DNA of 64,000 bases, taken from the NCBI GenBank assembly GCA_028534125.1, contig CM052816.1:12588001-12652000 (forward strand). Reading direction: 5' to 3'. Positions 40,501 through 55,245 of the stretch are shown here, piece after piece; the stretch's first letter is position 1; each line of letters begins with the position of its first letter. The position numbers and the translations under genes were made by a program. The notes under the pieces are model-generated. The model saw nothing but the letters and a program-made list of their open reading frames with translations, was not told the DNA's origin and made no database searches. Source of the stretch: Lama glama. Its lineage: Eukaryota.

Positions 40501-43500
40501 TAGAGATGGAAAAATCTACTTTCAAGATTGATGTAAGGATTGGAGATACTGTTCTGAAAGTGCTTGGCACATAGCAAATGTTCAGTAGGTAATGGGCACT
40601 GTGATTATATTTATGCTTGGCCCCATCACCTCCTCTGTCCCTCTCTCTCCACTTTCTGCTTGAATCCCATGGGTCTGTCTGTGTGAGTGAGTGGTTGGAA
40701 GGGTACCACATTACTCATTCATATTGGTGGTGTGACTGCTCCCCTTTCTAAAAGTCTGCTTCTCCCTGCCAGGAGGGAAGTAGGAGAAAGACAAAGGATA
40801 CTGGGCACCCTAAGCACCATTGTCCTTGGAGACGGATAATTAGTTCATTTAAAAACTTACTTGCCTGCCTTTGGAAGGTAGGTCTGCTTTTCAGAGGATG
40901 ACAATTGAGGAAAGTGAATGAAGAGGCTGGCTCATTCAAAATACCTCACATCATTTTACTGTGATTCAGCAGTCACTTGGAGTAGCCATTGTTTGCAGAA
41001 GGCATTTTTCACAAGTAAATCCAAACGTGGCATCCTCGTAGGTTGAAATAAATCTTACCAGTGGCATCTGATGATGGGGAACAGCAGAAAGAGAGAAGGG
41101 CAAAGACCAAATAGCAAATGGAAAGATTTAGCTCAAGGAACAAAATTGAATCGTTTTATTAGAGGACTGGAGAGGTCAAAGCTGGGAATTTCAGGTATGC
41201 TCTGAAATACCACTCTGATCGCCAGAGCACTTTTCTCCTTGCCTTTGAGTCAGCTATGAGAAATCCACGGGGCAGGGACCATTTGGCACTCATCTCGGGA
41301 TCCTCCAGCAGCTAGCACAGGAGCTGGCATCTGGGAGGTGCTCAGTAAATGTTGAATTTAACTGCAGGAGCAAGAGGGTTTTCTCAGAGTGGCACATGCA
41401 CACAAACAAAAAAATGGTATGTTAAGAAGCTGATGGAACGAAAGATCGGTTGGAAATATAAGGTGGTTGATTTCAGCTTAGTTCCTGAAACACTGAATTC
41501 TCCATGCGATTAGGGACCTCTGCATGTGGTCAGCTCCCAGAGAAGTCAACCAACTGCCAAAGCAGCCTTTCTCAACTCACTACTGCAAAGAGGTCATTCA
41601 AGCACCCGACACCCAGTCAAAAATGGAGCAACAACAAAAAAAAGACCATTAGAAGGGACACCCCTGGAAGGGGACACTGTCACAGTTTTTAGTTTCAAAA
41701 CTGCACCAATGCCAGTTTCTTAAAATACATCTGTGGCCAAAAAGTTCACAAAATTAACAAATGAAGCTGATGCTGACTGCCAGACATTTTCACATACACC
41801 GTCTCTTTGAATTCCTACAACAATCCTAAACTGCTGGCATTGTAGGGAGAATAAAAGAGTCTCTAAGAGGTTAATTAGTTGACAGTAGGTCACACCAAGC
41901 TTGTCTGATTCCAAAGCCCCCTTTTAACGACACCAAACTTATTTAGGGATCATTCCTTTTATTAAATACCCTCAATCTGTGTCTACTATTTGGACTTGTT
42001 CACACAGAGAAATGACGTGTTCCTAGCATGGATCACCACTGCTTCCCCAAGCCTGGATAGGGCACACAGAACACTCCATAAGTACTTGTCAGAGGTCTAT
42101 TACCATAAACAAGTGAATGAATGAATGAATACACTAGTAAATGAATAAGTGAACCATGGGGACAATGGTGTTCAGAAAATTTAGCTGGATACAGCAAGTT
42201 TCTGATCTCACATGGTGTGTCTAATTTTCTTTACTCCTGAAACGTTGGTTCCAAGTGGAAGACTGATTGTGAAGATGAAAAAGGGTTATAAAGGGGAAAA
42301 ATAAAAAGTTTTTCATAGCAGCATCAGAGAATTGGCCTTTCTTAAATCCACAAGGATGAGTAGTATAAATGTATATGCTTGTGTTCCAGAATGTAGAAGC
42401 TTTGAGAAATAAGAAACTGTTTGGGGGATAAAGCTCAAATCTCTGTTTTGTTTTTTTATAAGTGCTTAGATGGTGAAAAAAATATGATTTACTTAAAAAA
42501 AATCTTGACAAGGTCCCAGGCAATTCTAAGCCAGTCATTTCATGCATCAGTCCCTCTGCATCTGTTCCAAAAATGTGTGTGGAGTGGAGTGTGGAGTTTG
42601 AAGGCCTGTAGTGACTGACCTATACCGATGCACATACTGGGCACAAGATGTAAGGAGTCAAAGCACATAGCTCGGATGTGAGTTGGAAAACCTCACTTGT
42701 TGGCTGTGGAGTGCAAGCCTGCACAGCTGCTGCCAAGGAGACTGCATGTCACCTTTATGGACAATGATCTGAGCCTCAAGAGCAACTCCCAACTACCCGA
42801 GGGTCTCTCCAAATGACAGGCTGGTTTGCAATGTGTGGCTCCAGTGGCTGCTGGAGGGTATCAGGCCATTGTTTGAAATAGAGCCAGTGTCATATATCTT
42901 CCTGATAAAGCTGGTTGCCATTCATCAGGAAAAAGAATGCCTGTGAACAAATAGAGAGACGCAAAAAAAAAAAAAAAAGATTCATGTATCTGATAGAAAC
43001 TGGATTCAACCTGATGTCTCTTGCCAACCCCTGAAATTTTTCATACATATAAATCAGATCTCAAGAGCAGTGACACACAGCTACGTTGTTGCAGGACCAT
43101 CGTATTGAACACTGAGGCTAAGATTACCGCTAGACAGGATATTAAGTAAAATCATAAATTAAGATGAAGAATTAGAGAAAGGGCCCTAGGGAAGGAAAAG
43201 GTGATGGATTTCTAATTTGTACCAAAGATCGTAAGCAAATGCATACCTCTTACTGCCGTTTTGCCCAAGGACATGTATGCCCGTAACTCTAAAGAAGAAA
43301 AGAGAAAGTAACTGCCCAAGAAAAGTGACCCATGGGATGGAGTCCACGCTGAGAACATCAGTGCTTCATAATAACAACTCCCCCTTCCCCAAAAAAGTTC
43401 ACCTAAAGAGCCATTGGTCAATCAGAGTCAAGACAGAGTCCTCCCCCAGAAACCCAATTTGAGAACGACAGCTAAGGTTGTTGGGAGTTCAATAGCAACG

Positions 43501-44829
43501 ACAAAAAATGCTTTGAGCTCCTTTAAAATCCCTCTTCTGCTCCATGTCTCTTATCCGTCATTTGCTCAAAATACTTACGTGTCTATTTGCATGGAGAACT
43601 TTGTTAGACGCTGTAGAGGATGCAATGATTAACCAGGCATGAGCCTGACCCTCAACAAGCGGAAAATCCAGCAGGGCAAAACAACTTAATCGGTGTCCAA
43701 ACTGGAGCTAGGTAAGTGATGCACAGAAAAGAGCGATGATTGCTCTTAAGGCAAGTGGAAAAAGTTCCATGAGAGAGGCACGGAGCTAAACAAAACGAAG
43801 TCATTTTTTGAAACTCAAAGGAACAGCACGTCTAGCACTAAGTGCCCATTAATAAATTATTGATGGACTAAACAAAGTGCCACCTTGCATCACTACACAT
43901 TTACCGGGCATGAAGTCAGAGGTCCTCATTTAGAATTCATTTAGAACTGCCTCAAACCGGGCTGATTTATTTGAGTCCTGATGCTCTCAGAAATATTTTA
44001 TACGTGTATATAAATGTAAGCCCATTACAGCGCTAGTCTGTACTGCTAAATTGTATTTGGTTCTCAGCCAATGAGGACTAAGAGCCAGTTGAGTGGTCCA
44101 GCCCCGCTGCTTATTTCTTCCAGCAGGTCCCTCTTTCTGCCATTACTTGTGTGCCAGTGACCACGTGGGTTCAAGACGGCTGACAAAAGGGGTGCAAAAG
44201 GGTGACAGTGCTGAGGATTCTACAAACAATGGAAGAAGATACTGGAGGGTGGAAAGAGGGTGTCCCTGCAACAGCCCCAAATGCCTCCAGGGAGACAGTC
44301 TAAGACACCCAGGTCAGCACAGTTGTTGCCTGGCAGAAATCCTTTGAAGGGCAGCAGAAACCTCTCTGCAGCCTGCAAAGACTGACCAACAACAGTATGA
44401 AGGCTGAACAGAGGAAATCTATGGCCAGAGGCATATCACAACTTCAGAAGACTTGAGAAGGAGAGTAATTTCCAAAGCATGGTATCAGTCGCTCATCCCC
44501 GAGGATGCTGCAACAATCCCACAGACCACTGATTGAGTTGACGTGGTTACTTCCAGGAACAGGTTCCCACAATAAACGGGGCACGCTTCTAGTTACAGGC
44601 TGGGGTGGGGTGGGGTGGGGCGTGTAGAGGAGGATACAAAGCACTATTTCTATTTCAGGGACCCTAAGAGCCCTGTAATTAAGGAGACCTGGAGGGTTTG
44701 GGAAAGTTGACTTTCTGGGGGTAACTTAACCTAATAGTCACAACTTGGGGACAGAAAGGGAAAGAAACCTACAAAGAAATACTGAAACAAAACTTAAGTG
44801 CTGAAAATGATTATCTCCTGCACAGGGAA

Positions 44830-45068
44830 GCGTTAGTGCATTATGGTTAAATGTGCAGACTTTGGGATCAGGCAGTTCTGGGACCAAATCCCAACTCTGT
44901 CATTTACCAGCTGGGAAAGTTACATTATTTCTTTAGTCACAATTTTCACGTCTGTAAACGGGTAATAATTGTAATTCCCTATGGAGAGTTTGTGAGAACC
45001 AAATAAGAGAGTGCATTTTGAGTACTTAGTTCATCACCAGCTCACAGTTAGTGCTCAATAAATGTAAC
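44830..45068 (+). mobile_element. MIR SINE, near full length
   Basis: atggttaaatgtgcagactttgggatcaggcag...aaatcccaactctgtcatttaccagctg...gtgctcaataaatgt. Confidence 0.82.
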
Positions 45069-45844
45069 TTTTGGGAGTGTTTATGCATTTTCCCCCCAAA
45101 ACTGTCTTAGATTATTTGCTCCCAAGAGCAGAGGGCAGAGTCACATCATTAGCGTTGGCCCGGCCTCATTCTGTGCCCCTTACAGACTGGGACAGAGGAA
45201 GCAGGGCAGTCGCCCAGTTGCCCTTTGGGGGCGCAGCGCCTCCTACTGAGAGGTGTTTTGGGTAGGCCAAAGGGCACCATATGGCAGCATCATCACGTTC
45301 CTTGTCTGGATAGTACACTGTATACTTGCCAAATTGTCAGTCTCACCATCCCTGGCCCCATGAAGCTCCAGCCCTTGCTCCTCATTTGTTAGCTGTCCCA
45401 GCGTGGTTTCTTGTACACAAGGCTATTTGGGCAAAACTCTGCACATGTTTAAAGTTCTCTTTTCCCCTCCTTCTACATACCCAAGCTTCTTGCCCTGATT
45501 CAGTCTCAGTGGACTAGCTTCACTATGCAAATGAGTCCAAAATCTAAATGTTTGGTTTCTAACTTTTATATATACTGCCGGGCATCTTCACATTGACCTA
45601 CTGGCACCTCAACACTCAAGTCCAAAGTCACTCCCATCCATTATATTCTGCAGAGTTCTCTGAGTTAATGGCATCACTGGCCTTTCACTGTCCAAGTGAA
45701 AACCCATTATCTGATTCCTCCCTTTGTGTTAGCTTCTAATAGCCAATAATCAAATCTATACACTTTATTTCTACTGTAAATCTTCCAAGGACCTCTTCTC
45801 ATCCATTTCCACTTGCCCCACCCTTGTTCTTCACTTTTTTACCC

Positions 45845-46625
45845 AAATCCATTTGTTCAACAAATAGTTACTGAAATGTACCACAGGCCAGCAGTGGCAT
45901 CGAGCTGTGAGCTCTATGCGTTGGGTTCCCAGAGATGAACAGGTGAACAGGGTCCTTGCCCTCATGGGACTTTGATTCCAGGTAAGCGGCTCAGATTTTA
46001 AACAAGTAAATATGTAAGCAAAATAATTTCAAATAGTGATAAGGCCTATGAATAAATTAGAACCAGGTGATATGAAAAGGATGCCTTGGGGTGGGTGGGC
46101 AAAGAGAAGAAGATGGGGCACCGAGGGTTGAGACGCTGAGTAAGTGATATTTGAGCTAGGGCAAAAAGTCAGCCATGTGAAATTCTGGGAACAGCGTGTT
46201 CTAGGTAGATGGAACAGCAAGAAAAAAGGCTCAGATACCTGAGGCCAGACTAAGCTTGGCTTGTTCAAGGAACCAAGAAAGCCAGTGAGCTGGAGCAGAA
46301 GTGAGAGTGTGGGTCTAAGAAGCACACGGGGATCGAACCGTGCTGGGGCTCATGCACCAAAATGAGAGTGTAGATTTCATTCTAAGAATGATGGGAAGTC
46401 ACTGACGGGTTTAAAGTCAGAGGTGACACGTTCTGGTTTACTTTTCTTTGAAGTTGACGTTGGCTGCTGGGGGGATAACGATTTGTAGGGGAGCAAGACT
46501 GTCCATAGGGCAGAATAAAGAGAATTCTGCAGGGACCCAGGCGATAGATGATCGTGCCTCAGACTAGGGCTGAAGGACGACAGAGGAGGAAAAACTGGTG
46601 AAGAATTCAGACGCATCCTGGAGGT
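45845..46625 (-). mobile_element. L2 LINE fragment
   Basis: catttgttcaacaaatagttactga...ggtccttgccctcatggga...cgtgttctaggtagatggaacagcaag...tgttcaaggaac...atgggaagtcactgacgggtttaa. Confidence 0.8.
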
Positions 46626-48684
46626 TCTGGTGGCAGCATTATTACACGGATCTGCCAACGTTCTCCCTCCTTCTACGCTTTTTTCATCTCAGTTTGCTCA
46701 ATACAAAGCTGACAGGGTCATCCTTCCAGACTTGCCACCTTTTGCCCAGATACCTCAATTGGTGTCCCATTGTTTATAAAATAATGCCTCAAGTCCTTGA
46801 GATAGATTCAAAGTCCTATGCTGTGACTACTTTGGAGATCTATACAAAAGGAGCTTGAAAGGAAAGGATGAAAGCATTACGAAGCCGTTCAAAAGTCCTT
46901 CACACGCAGTGCTTTGCACAGCAAGTGGTGCTGACTTTTGATACATGAAGGACCAGCATTCACAACCGCTCTTAATCTGAGAGGATCCGGCCTAAATCAA
47001 AGAGCCACAATGCATCAACCGGTGCCTGTGCTTTAACTTCCAAGGGAAGAAATAGGGAAGTTCTAGGAACTAGAAGAAACAACGTAACCCCTCAGAACAC
47101 AAGTCAACAAATGGGTGGATTAATTCTGTCGTGATCCCTGACTTCATCCGCTCCCCTGAAGTGCCCTGCCCAACTACAACGTGGTGGGACAAAAACCTCA
47201 CCACAAAACCTGCCCATCCAGGGATCATTCCTCACCTGGGGCATGTGAGTTCCTTTCCTCTCCGCCTTAAGCACAGATTTCTTGGGAATGGAAAATTCAT
47301 GTCAGGATCATCAAACCGGTCTCGAAAAGTCACCGACACTAACAATCCGGAGAACCAGAAGGGGGCAGTGTTATCACAGTCTCCTGCACCAACGTGAGGC
47401 CTTGAAGAAGAGAAAATGAAAGTCACTCAGAGCAGCCCTGTTCGTACACAGGATCCTGAAGAGCCTCAGTTTCCAGTGCTTGTTTCTCTCTGCTTGCTAA
47501 GTCTCAAGACCCGCAGCCCAGTCAGCAGTGAGGCCTCCACCTGGTCTACCCCTCCACTGTGTCCTGCCACGCGTTGTGAGAGAATGACCACTTCTCTCTG
47601 TGGTCTCAAGAAATACAGGCCCAGCCTTCTGTTTACAGCAGTTACTAGTGACTTTGCCTTTTACAGAATGCACCCATTCAGAAGGTGAAAGTAGTTCACT
47701 TGTATTGACCAGAGGAGGAAAATACTCCACAGTTAGTATGTTAGCATCAGATGGGCCCCAAAGATTTTGTATCCTGCTGAGAAGTAGATATATGCAGCTA
47801 TATGCCCAGAGACTTACTCAGAAACATTGACTGAATGCCTGGTATACACAGAAAGCAGGAAGGAGTCAGTTTCAACCCTTGAGACCATTTAGGGGACAGG
47901 TCTGGAGGAAGCTCTGGGCAGGGAGAGACTGGCAAGCTCCCCTAAAGGAGAGAGAAAAATTCTTAAAAGAAACTGAGGAAGAAGTCAGCTGGCTGTCTTC
48001 AGAGTTTAAAGTGGGGGAATGGGAGAGGAATTAGAGAAAATAACCCAGCTAGATGATGTTATCATTGAACCTTGAAGAACGGTAGAATCTAGAAAAACAC
48101 AAGCTAAAGGTACTACATGGTGGGGAAAAAAATCAGCTAAAAAAGTAGATGCGTGTGCATGCACGTGAATAAGGAGTGTAGACACTGGGACAAGAACAGT
48201 TTGGTTGAAGCCAAAGACACCTGTGAAGGAACAGAGCGGGAACATCATTGAGGAGTTTGGACTTAAATCTATAAATATAGTCATTGAGACTCTGGGCAGG
48301 ACTGACAGAATCGGGTTTCTCAACAACAGCCACTTCTACAAAGTGATGGAGAGCTCACCCCGCCTCGTCCCCACCCTCCGTCACCTCGCTCACTTCTCCG
48401 AGCAGGGACCTACCACTCAATGATTTCTAGCCGTAGCACCACTGAAGGCTGTGGCTCTGACACTGAAGTTCTTATTAGTCAGTTTTTACAATACTTTTAG
48501 AAAATACTTCCCTCCCTACCCCGATCCTGGAAGAAAGAGAACTCAAGGGAAAAGATGTCCTATGATTATTTGGCAAAGTGAGGACTCACACAGATTTAAT
48601 GTGCACGTTGAGTGACCGTCAGCGAGGCTCACCCACAGCAGAGGGTGAGAGGGCTCTCTGTGCATTGTGGGGGTGGTGTCCACT

Positions 48685-48895
48685 TGTCCATTCATTGAAC
48701 AAAAACTGTTGAGCATATTCCACCTGCCAGGTATCAATCTAGGCATTAGGGATGCAGCTACAGCTGTAAACCTCAAACAGCCAAAGCCCCTCCCTTCACG
48801 GAGCTTGCATTCCAGACAATAACTAAACAAAGTAGATGTCAGATGATAAGAAGTCCTGTGGATGCGGAAAAATAAAGTAGGGTGAGGAGGATGTC
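48685..48895 (-). mobile_element. L2 LINE 3' end
   Basis: ccattcattgaacaaaaactgttgagcatattccacctgccagg...cccctcccttcacggagcttgcattcca. Confidence 0.72.
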
Positions 48896-49210
48896 AATTA
48901 CCATGTGGCAGGGCACAGGCATTAGCAGCCAGCGGGCAGAGGGGACAAGGAAAGAGAGGAGAGAAAAGTGTTCTTAGGTAGTTTCAGCTTACAAGATTGG
49001 TTTTTTTTTTTTTTCCTGGCAGGTGAACTCTGGTAAGGAAAGACATTCACCAGTCAAAAGTAATAATGATGCATTTAATAGTAGGTACCGTCTTTTATTG
49101 TCTATAGTGATGGTCACTGTGCTAAGCAGTATCTCATTCATTCTTAGCAATAAAGCAATAAAACTTCTTAGTGTGATACTTTTGCTGTGCACTAGTGGGC
49201 AGAGGAGACT

Positions 49211-49276
49211 GAAGAAAGAAAGAAAGAGAGAAAGAGAGAAAGAAAGGGAGAGAGAAAGAGAGAAAGGAAGAAAGAA
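49211..49276. repeat. GA-rich (GAAA/GA)n low-complexity tract within a MIR remnant
   Basis: Directly visible. Confidence 0.9.
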
Positions 49277-52200
49277 CGAACAAGCAAGCTAGGCTCAGGT
49301 AAGTGAAGCATCTTGCCCAAATGCTCCTCCTCATACGTACAGAATGTGGATTTGAATGCAGACAGTCTGACTCCAAAGCCTGCACTCTTAACCCAGACAC
49401 TGGATCGGGGTACAGAGATAAATAAGTCGGGGACACTGTCTTGGAATTGCTCATAGTCTAGTAAGAGAGACAGACTCATAAACAAATAATTCCATTGCAG
49501 TGATAGCAGCTATAACAGAGGTATAACAGGGTTAAGGAAACACAGAGGACAGAGTGACTAAGTACCTGACTGCAGGGAGCTGGTGGGGGGGCGGCCGTCA
49601 GAATGCAGACATACTCATTTGTGTTTATGTAATTCACTGCTCCCTCTGGGCCTGGTTACCCACAAGAAACCTGCAGTTCCTTCCAAAGCCTCTTTCCGGT
49701 GGATTTCCCCAGTCTCTCTTCACAGGTTGTGGTTTGTCAGCCTCATCTTGCCGGCAAGAAGTGGTTCTGACTCATGGGCCACATGAAGTCTTCAGAGCCA
49801 TTCTGGAGAAAGAAGAAAAATAACAAGATAGCAACCGATTTACCCTCAGGAAAGGGCGAGGAATGTGACAAGCAGGTGAATTAAAATGAGAGGACCAGTA
49901 CCCTACTATAAAGGAAGAGAGAGGAGGGAGGATGCTGGCAACTCACAGGAACTCCCCCGACCCCAGGCCATTGTGCATTGGGCAGGTGGTGACATTGTCA
50001 CTCAGACCGGAAAACTGTTCCATGATCCAGCACAATTTGCTTTTAAACATCGAGATCCTAACCTAGGTCCGTGCAAAGTCTTGACAAAATTCACGAATCC
50101 CATGCAAGTGTGTGTAAAACTCTGTATAACTGTTGTGCATTTTCTGGAGGTTGCAGAGAGTTCACGCAAATTTCAAAACAGTATGTATTCCCCAGGCAGG
50201 TTAAGAACAAGGCACTAAATACTTTCAGAACTGTGACTTCAATAGACGTGAACATAACATGTGTCCGGTGTAATTTAGATGGTCTGAAAAAGTCTCAGTG
50301 AATGCTGTGATGCCGTTGTTACTCATCCTATTTATAAAAACGCTTGCAAATTTCTGGTGCCACCAGGTTACACACTGGAGTAAAGGGTGTCAGCAAGACT
50401 CCAGGACTTATCTTTGATTGTGTTGCACATGGTTGACCTTTCATCTTCCTTTTGGCCTTTCTGTGTAGGAGGATTGGCTCTTCAAGGCTGTAGTTCAATA
50501 TTGTTCTCAACCTTTGTGTGTAGGGACGGGGCTGGGGGCATGAAAAGAACAGTATCACATCACCCCATCCAGTGTTTTCCAGTTACATACCCTGCCACCT
50601 GTCCTTCCTCCACCTCCGACCCCTATTCCATCCTTTACTGATGCTGTCAATGACAAATTTACCAGAGGTTGAAATGTCCTACCCACATAGCAGCAGCCTG
50701 GCCACTGTTGGTTAAGCATCCTCTAGAGGGCTGAGAAAGTTTTGGGTTAGAAAGCCCACCTCCAGCGGCATAACGCCACCAGAAAGTGAATGGTTAAAAC
50801 TCACTTTAACTACATTCTTGTGGACCTTCGACTGAAAGGCACAAGAAAAAAGAAAATCCAACATGAGAAGTTGGCCTCGATGCTTCCCTGCTGCTAGAGA
50901 ACAGTAAATCTAGGAGTGACTCCAGGCAAACATTTATTAGCATTTCCTTTGGAAGTACCGAAGGAAAAATCTGCAGAGGAGCCTCACATCGTCAACAGAA
51001 AAACCCAGATGACATCTTAAGACGTGGACACATTCATTATCAAACATTTGCCTAATCTCTTCCACATCAGAACAGCTTTGCTGTTGTGACAAGGAGCCAG
51101 AAACCTGTAACGACTACAGATAATCAGAGCCTCTTGCCTACTCTAGTGAAAAACAACCCCAGATACATGATGTCTCAGTCCAGCAGTACACATAAGCTGG
51201 GCTCAGGGGGAAGAGTGCCGCCTGCGAAATGGGCCACATCCACTTCCCGTGGGGCTGGAGGCGTGGTTCCTGGAGCAGTGACTTGTGCATATATCTGTTC
51301 ATGAAATCACACCCTGAGGTAGAAGAGCTGCTGGCAAAAAAACCCTTCTCAACAGGGCTACCAGTTGGCACTCAATAAATAGCCTCCTTCTCGCACACAT
51401 TCAGCCCAATTGAGAGATACGTGGAACCTCTAAGATAGTTTTTTTTTTTTTACAGCTAAACCCAAAACCTTTACAAAAGATTGAATTAACAACCCTTCCT
51501 AAGGTACATGGAGCAATTCAGAGCAGAATTGCCAAAGAAGAATTGTAAAAAAGGAGCAATTAAAAAGTCTACCTGTTACTAGCCTCAGGTCGTTAACGAT
51601 TCAGTGAAGACATCTCATTTCACATCTTCATCTATCTTCAATTAACAAAATTGAGATCTGAAAGAAAGGGGGAACTGAAGGAACATCCTATTATAGCTGT
51701 AAGAATAAACAACCCACCTATCTCTCTCTGTCTCCCTTTAGTTCTTACCTTTGAAACTCTATTTTATTTGAAGGAAACATTGACATCACAACTGCTATTA
51801 CAGACTTCAGGATAAGATCTATTATTATTTTTTATCTCATCCTGTTGAGGGGGAGAAAAATAAGCAGTTCCAAGAATGAGATGAAAATGAAGACTGAAAT
51901 ATTATCTGAAATTTTGCCTTCAATATGCATGGTGACTATGATTATAATAACCAGCCAGGTCAATGCATTATGTCATTGACAGGTAGAAAATGGTCGTGAA
52001 TGATGTGCAATATCCATGGCTCACAGCCTGGAGGGAAAAAAACCACAGTCTCAGAAATAAAAGATTTATCAGATCTCTCAATGTAAACATATAAGATGAT
52101 TTTTGTTTTATGGACTAGTCTTTCATGTTCCATGGAACTTGGGAACTGAAGAGTCCCAAGGGGTCCTTTGACTATTTGAGGAGCGGTTGTTTGAACCAGA

Positions 52201-53559
52201 GTTTGTCTCCCCCAGCGGCTCTGCAAGGGTGAGAATCCCATCTGGTTTTGTTCAGCGCTGCAGCCCATCCCCCGCATTGGCACAGTGCCTGGCACAGAAG
52301 AGGTGTCCAAGAAAGAGTCCTTGGATGAATGGATGAATTGATGCAATGCTATTCCAGGTTTTTTCCCTCATTTCTCAGCTGAGGAGATTGAGGCCAAGAA
52401 AAGCTAAATATCACATTGCTAGTGGAGAAATTGGCTCCGGAATGATTCTCTTCCTTCTTCCAATTCATTAATGAGAACTGCCAGTTTGTGCAATTCTTTT
52501 TTCATCACCAAGTTAAAGTATGGTGGTTCTAAAAGAAAACATAAAATCCCTTTTATCCTAATCACTTTTTGCAAGGTATTAAAAATTGAACATGCCTTTG
52601 GTATGTTGCCTTTGATGCTTCCCCTGTTTATTGGGAGTGCCTTGAAGAGAAAATGTGGACACTTGGAAAAGAGCTTGGGACTTGCTTCAGCAAACTGGTT
52701 AAAAACTCTTATGCTTTCTCTTAAGAGATAAAAAGTTTTCAGAGACACTTTGCAGCTATGTTTTTTTTTTCACTGCAAACTTAGAATGTTACTAAAGTTT
52801 TTACAAATAAAACAGTCAATGCTTATGATGATGAACAGCTCTGATAGCATGGATAATTTTTTTAAACTTTTAATCATATTCCCTTAGACTCTGAACAGGG
52901 ATCATTGGCCATTCTTCTATTTTTTTTAATCAGTGTCTAACACAAACTTTGTACAATAAACTACATATTTATATTTTCCTTATATACCTGTAGACTTTAG
53001 AGGCTAGTGTAAGCCCTAATTATTAAGTGGAAGCTGAGCTGACCCAATGAGGGTCCCTGATGTCTTTCCTGACAGTGAGCATCAGGCAGCAATGTAAGTG
53101 ATGAATGCTTCTGTCTTTTTATGGGCTTAATTTTCCATACATGACAAGCAACCTCTCTTAATGATGCAATTGGAGAAATGGCCCTAGAGTTGGCTTGCCT
53201 GGGCGAGAATCTTGGCTGCACCACATGTAAACTGGGTCACTGAAGGAGAGTTACTGCATTCTCTTCCAGCACTTCTGCACCTCAGTCTTCTCATCTGCAA
53301 AACAGAGTGATGATAGCATTTGCCCCACGGAGTTCTTGTAAGAAGTAATTGAGCAATACATGCAAAATACTTAGTACGGTGCTCGTTATAGTCACGAAAT
53401 CATTATTAGCTTTTTATTCCTCAAACCAGTAGAAGCAAAATATTTTTTAAAAACAATAATTTCACTTACATATTTGTTCCAAGAGGGAGAAACACAGTCT
53501 TCCACTCCCTCTTCAAAAAAAAAAAATATATATATATATACATGGGTGTCTAGTAATAC

Positions 53560-53915
53560 CACATGGGGACCACTCCCCACCCCAACTCTGAGTTTCTGTG
53601 GTTCCAGTGTTATTAAGGCCACCTTTATTCCAGGTGTGGACATATGACTCCAGGTGTGGGCCGATCAATCAGCATTTCGTATGCCCTGCCACCAGAGTTA
53701 TTTTAGCGACGGGTATGGGACTTAATCAGAGCCAAGAGATGATGTTTAAGGATGTTTGCTGAGATCATTGGGAGATAAATATTTGTTTGAGCCACTGGAT
53801 CCAAACATATCTGAAGCTAGCTATACCCTAGACTTGCCATCCAAGGGAGTAATGAATTCTTTCTTACAATGCAATCAGTTTGCATTTGATTTTTCATCTG
53901 CCATCCAAACTATAA
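53560..53915 (+). mobile_element. Old MaLR LTR fragment (MLT1J/K/L-like)
   Basis: ggacatatgactccagg...caatcagcattt...tttgagccactggatccaaacatatctgaagc...cctagactt pattern. Confidence 0.6.
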
Positions 53916-54049
53916 AAATTTATATTAAAAACTTCTATAAATGTAATGGTTTTATAGAAGAGGTGTCCAGGAAGACATCACAAAAAGATGTAGATGGTGT
54001 TTTAAAAGGTGTTATGATGAAGACTGAGAGGGTGTCAGAGGGAGTCATA

Positions 54050-54305
54050 ATGCTTTGGTTAAGTGCACAGACTGAAGTCAAATTCTCAGGTGCAAATCCT
54101 TCTACTGCTCAGCAGCCACGTGACTTTGAACAAGTCAGGTACCTCCTGTGTCTCCATGCCATCCCCCGTAAACTGAGCATAGTGATAGTATCCACCTTAC
54201 AGGGGTGTTTTGAGTATTAAGTAAGTTAATATTTGTAAGGAAAATGGCTAGCATGTAACAGGTCCAGGTGTAACACAAGTGTTAGTTATTATTGTATCAT
54301 CATTA
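54050..54305 (+). mobile_element. MIR SINE
   Basis: tggttaagtgcacagact...caaatccttctactgc...gtgactttgaacaagt...ccttacaggggtgttttgagtattaa. Confidence 0.75.
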
Positions 54306-54436
54306 TTTAAATCTTAAATAAATAGTGGTATAGTATGTCAAAGAAAAGAAAGGGGGAAATGGGTCTTATCATGTTGATAGCTGAGAGTTCTCTATATGCA
54401 GAGGTAGCAACTGATGCATTAAAAGTGTCTCTTTGT

Positions 54437-55245
54437 AGCAAAGGACTTGAATAGACATTTCTCCAAAGAAGTTACACAAATGGCCAACGAGCACATGAAA
54501 AGATGCTCAATGTTACTAGTCACTAGGGAAATCCAAATGAAAACCACAACAAGGTATCATGTCATACTCATTACAATTGCTAACATCAAGTAAACAAAAT
54601 AACAAGCAATAGCAAGGTTGTGGAGAAATTGGAACACTTACGCACTGTTGGTGGGAATATACAATGTGTCCACTGCAGAAAACAGTATGGCACTTTCTTA
54701 GAAAATTAAGAATAGAATTGCCATATGATCCAGCAATTCCACTTCTGGGAATACATTAAAAAAATGAAATCAGGGTCTTGAACAAACACATGTTCATAGC
54801 AGTATTATTCACAACAGCTAACAGATGGAAACAACTCAAGGGTCCATCAATGAAATGAATGGTTAAACAAAATGTGCTATATACATATAGTGAAATATTA
54901 TTCAGCTTTAAAAAGAAAGGAAATTTTGACATATTCTACAACATGGATGACATTAAACCAAGTGAAATAAGCTAGTCGTACAAAGATAAATAGTGTATGA
55001 TTCCACTCATATGAGGTAACTAAAGTAGTCAAATGTATAGAAATACTGTAGAATGGTGGTGGCTAGGGCTGGGGGACAGGAAATGGGGAGGTTTTAATTG
55101 ATGCAGAGTTTCAGTTGGTCAAGGTAAAAAAGTTCTGGAAATTGGTTACACAACAATGCAAATGTATTTAATGCTGCTGAACTGTATACTTAAGAATGAT
55201 TAAATACATATATTTGTTATAATTTTAAAATTTAATTTAAAAAAC
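54437..55245 (+). mobile_element. L1MA/L1MB-type fragment (ORF2 C-terminus + 3'UTR)
   Basis: gcaaaggacttgaatagacatttctccaaagaag...catgaaaagatgctca...tgttggtgggaat...ccatatgatccagcaattccacttctggg...ctgaactgtatacttaa. Confidence 0.92.

Noticed and set aside
53756..54220. 154-aa ORF
   Set aside because: It spans MLT1 and MIR remnants, has a non-ATG start and shows no domain features.
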